Assembly: GCA_965644295.1 (NCBI GenBank)
Contig: CBFFRP010000174.1
Location: 1-59,548 of the forward strand
Direction: 5' to 3'
Source of the DNA: Paraphysomonas bandaiensis
Taxonomy: Eukaryota; Protista; Chrysophyceae
Length of the DNA stretch: 59,548 bases
Below the pieces are notes generated by a model, which worked only from the letters and a program-made list of their open reading frames with translations, had not been told where the DNA came from and searched no databases. The position numbers were made by a program, and so were the translations under genes. Positions 59,534 through 59,548 of the stretch are shown piece by piece (positions within the stretch are counted from its first letter, which is position 1; each line of letters opens with the position of its first letter).

Positions 59534-59548
59534 TGTAAAGCCGTGGGC
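59534..59548 (+). mobile_element. Start of a third LTR nested in copy 2 pol
   Basis: TGTAAAGCCGTGGGC, an exact LTR start, interrupts the pol sequence at the window edge. Confidence 0.8.

Overview
Gene-dense eukaryotic nuclear DNA with short (~50-60 nt) GT-AG introns. The eEF1A sequence and gene style suggest a stramenopile, possibly a chrysophyte (inference). About 13 host genes are present, mostly in head-to-head pairs: a TM-PX-PX-DUF547-DEP protein, a PDZ-like/TBC Rab-GAP, a Cyc8/Ssn6-like TPR protein, La, a heat-shock factor, an F-box/ankyrin-repeat gene with TAG codons at Trp positions, an INPP4-like phosphatase, eEF1A, a secreted two-domain protein, a double GT-A glycosyltransferase, a METTL21-like methyltransferase, a GT4 glycosyltransferase and pescadillo. 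The right third holds a very young, intact Ty3/Gypsy LTR retrotransposon (42177-50070). It is unusual in several ways: IFDN instead of YxDD, in-frame TGA-CAA-ATG gag/pol junction, CCCH-type Gag finger, TG..TA ends, no tRNA-type PBS and an extra domain after the chromodomain. Two further copies are nested inside a degenerate pogo-like DD39D transposase at the right edge. The strongest novelty candidate is a ~600-bp non-coding repeat family (about 9 fragments) whose sharp end folds into an HDV-like ribozyme with an atypical P1, found dispersed, in tandem and as a fold-back. All calls come from reading motifs by eye; no searches were run.
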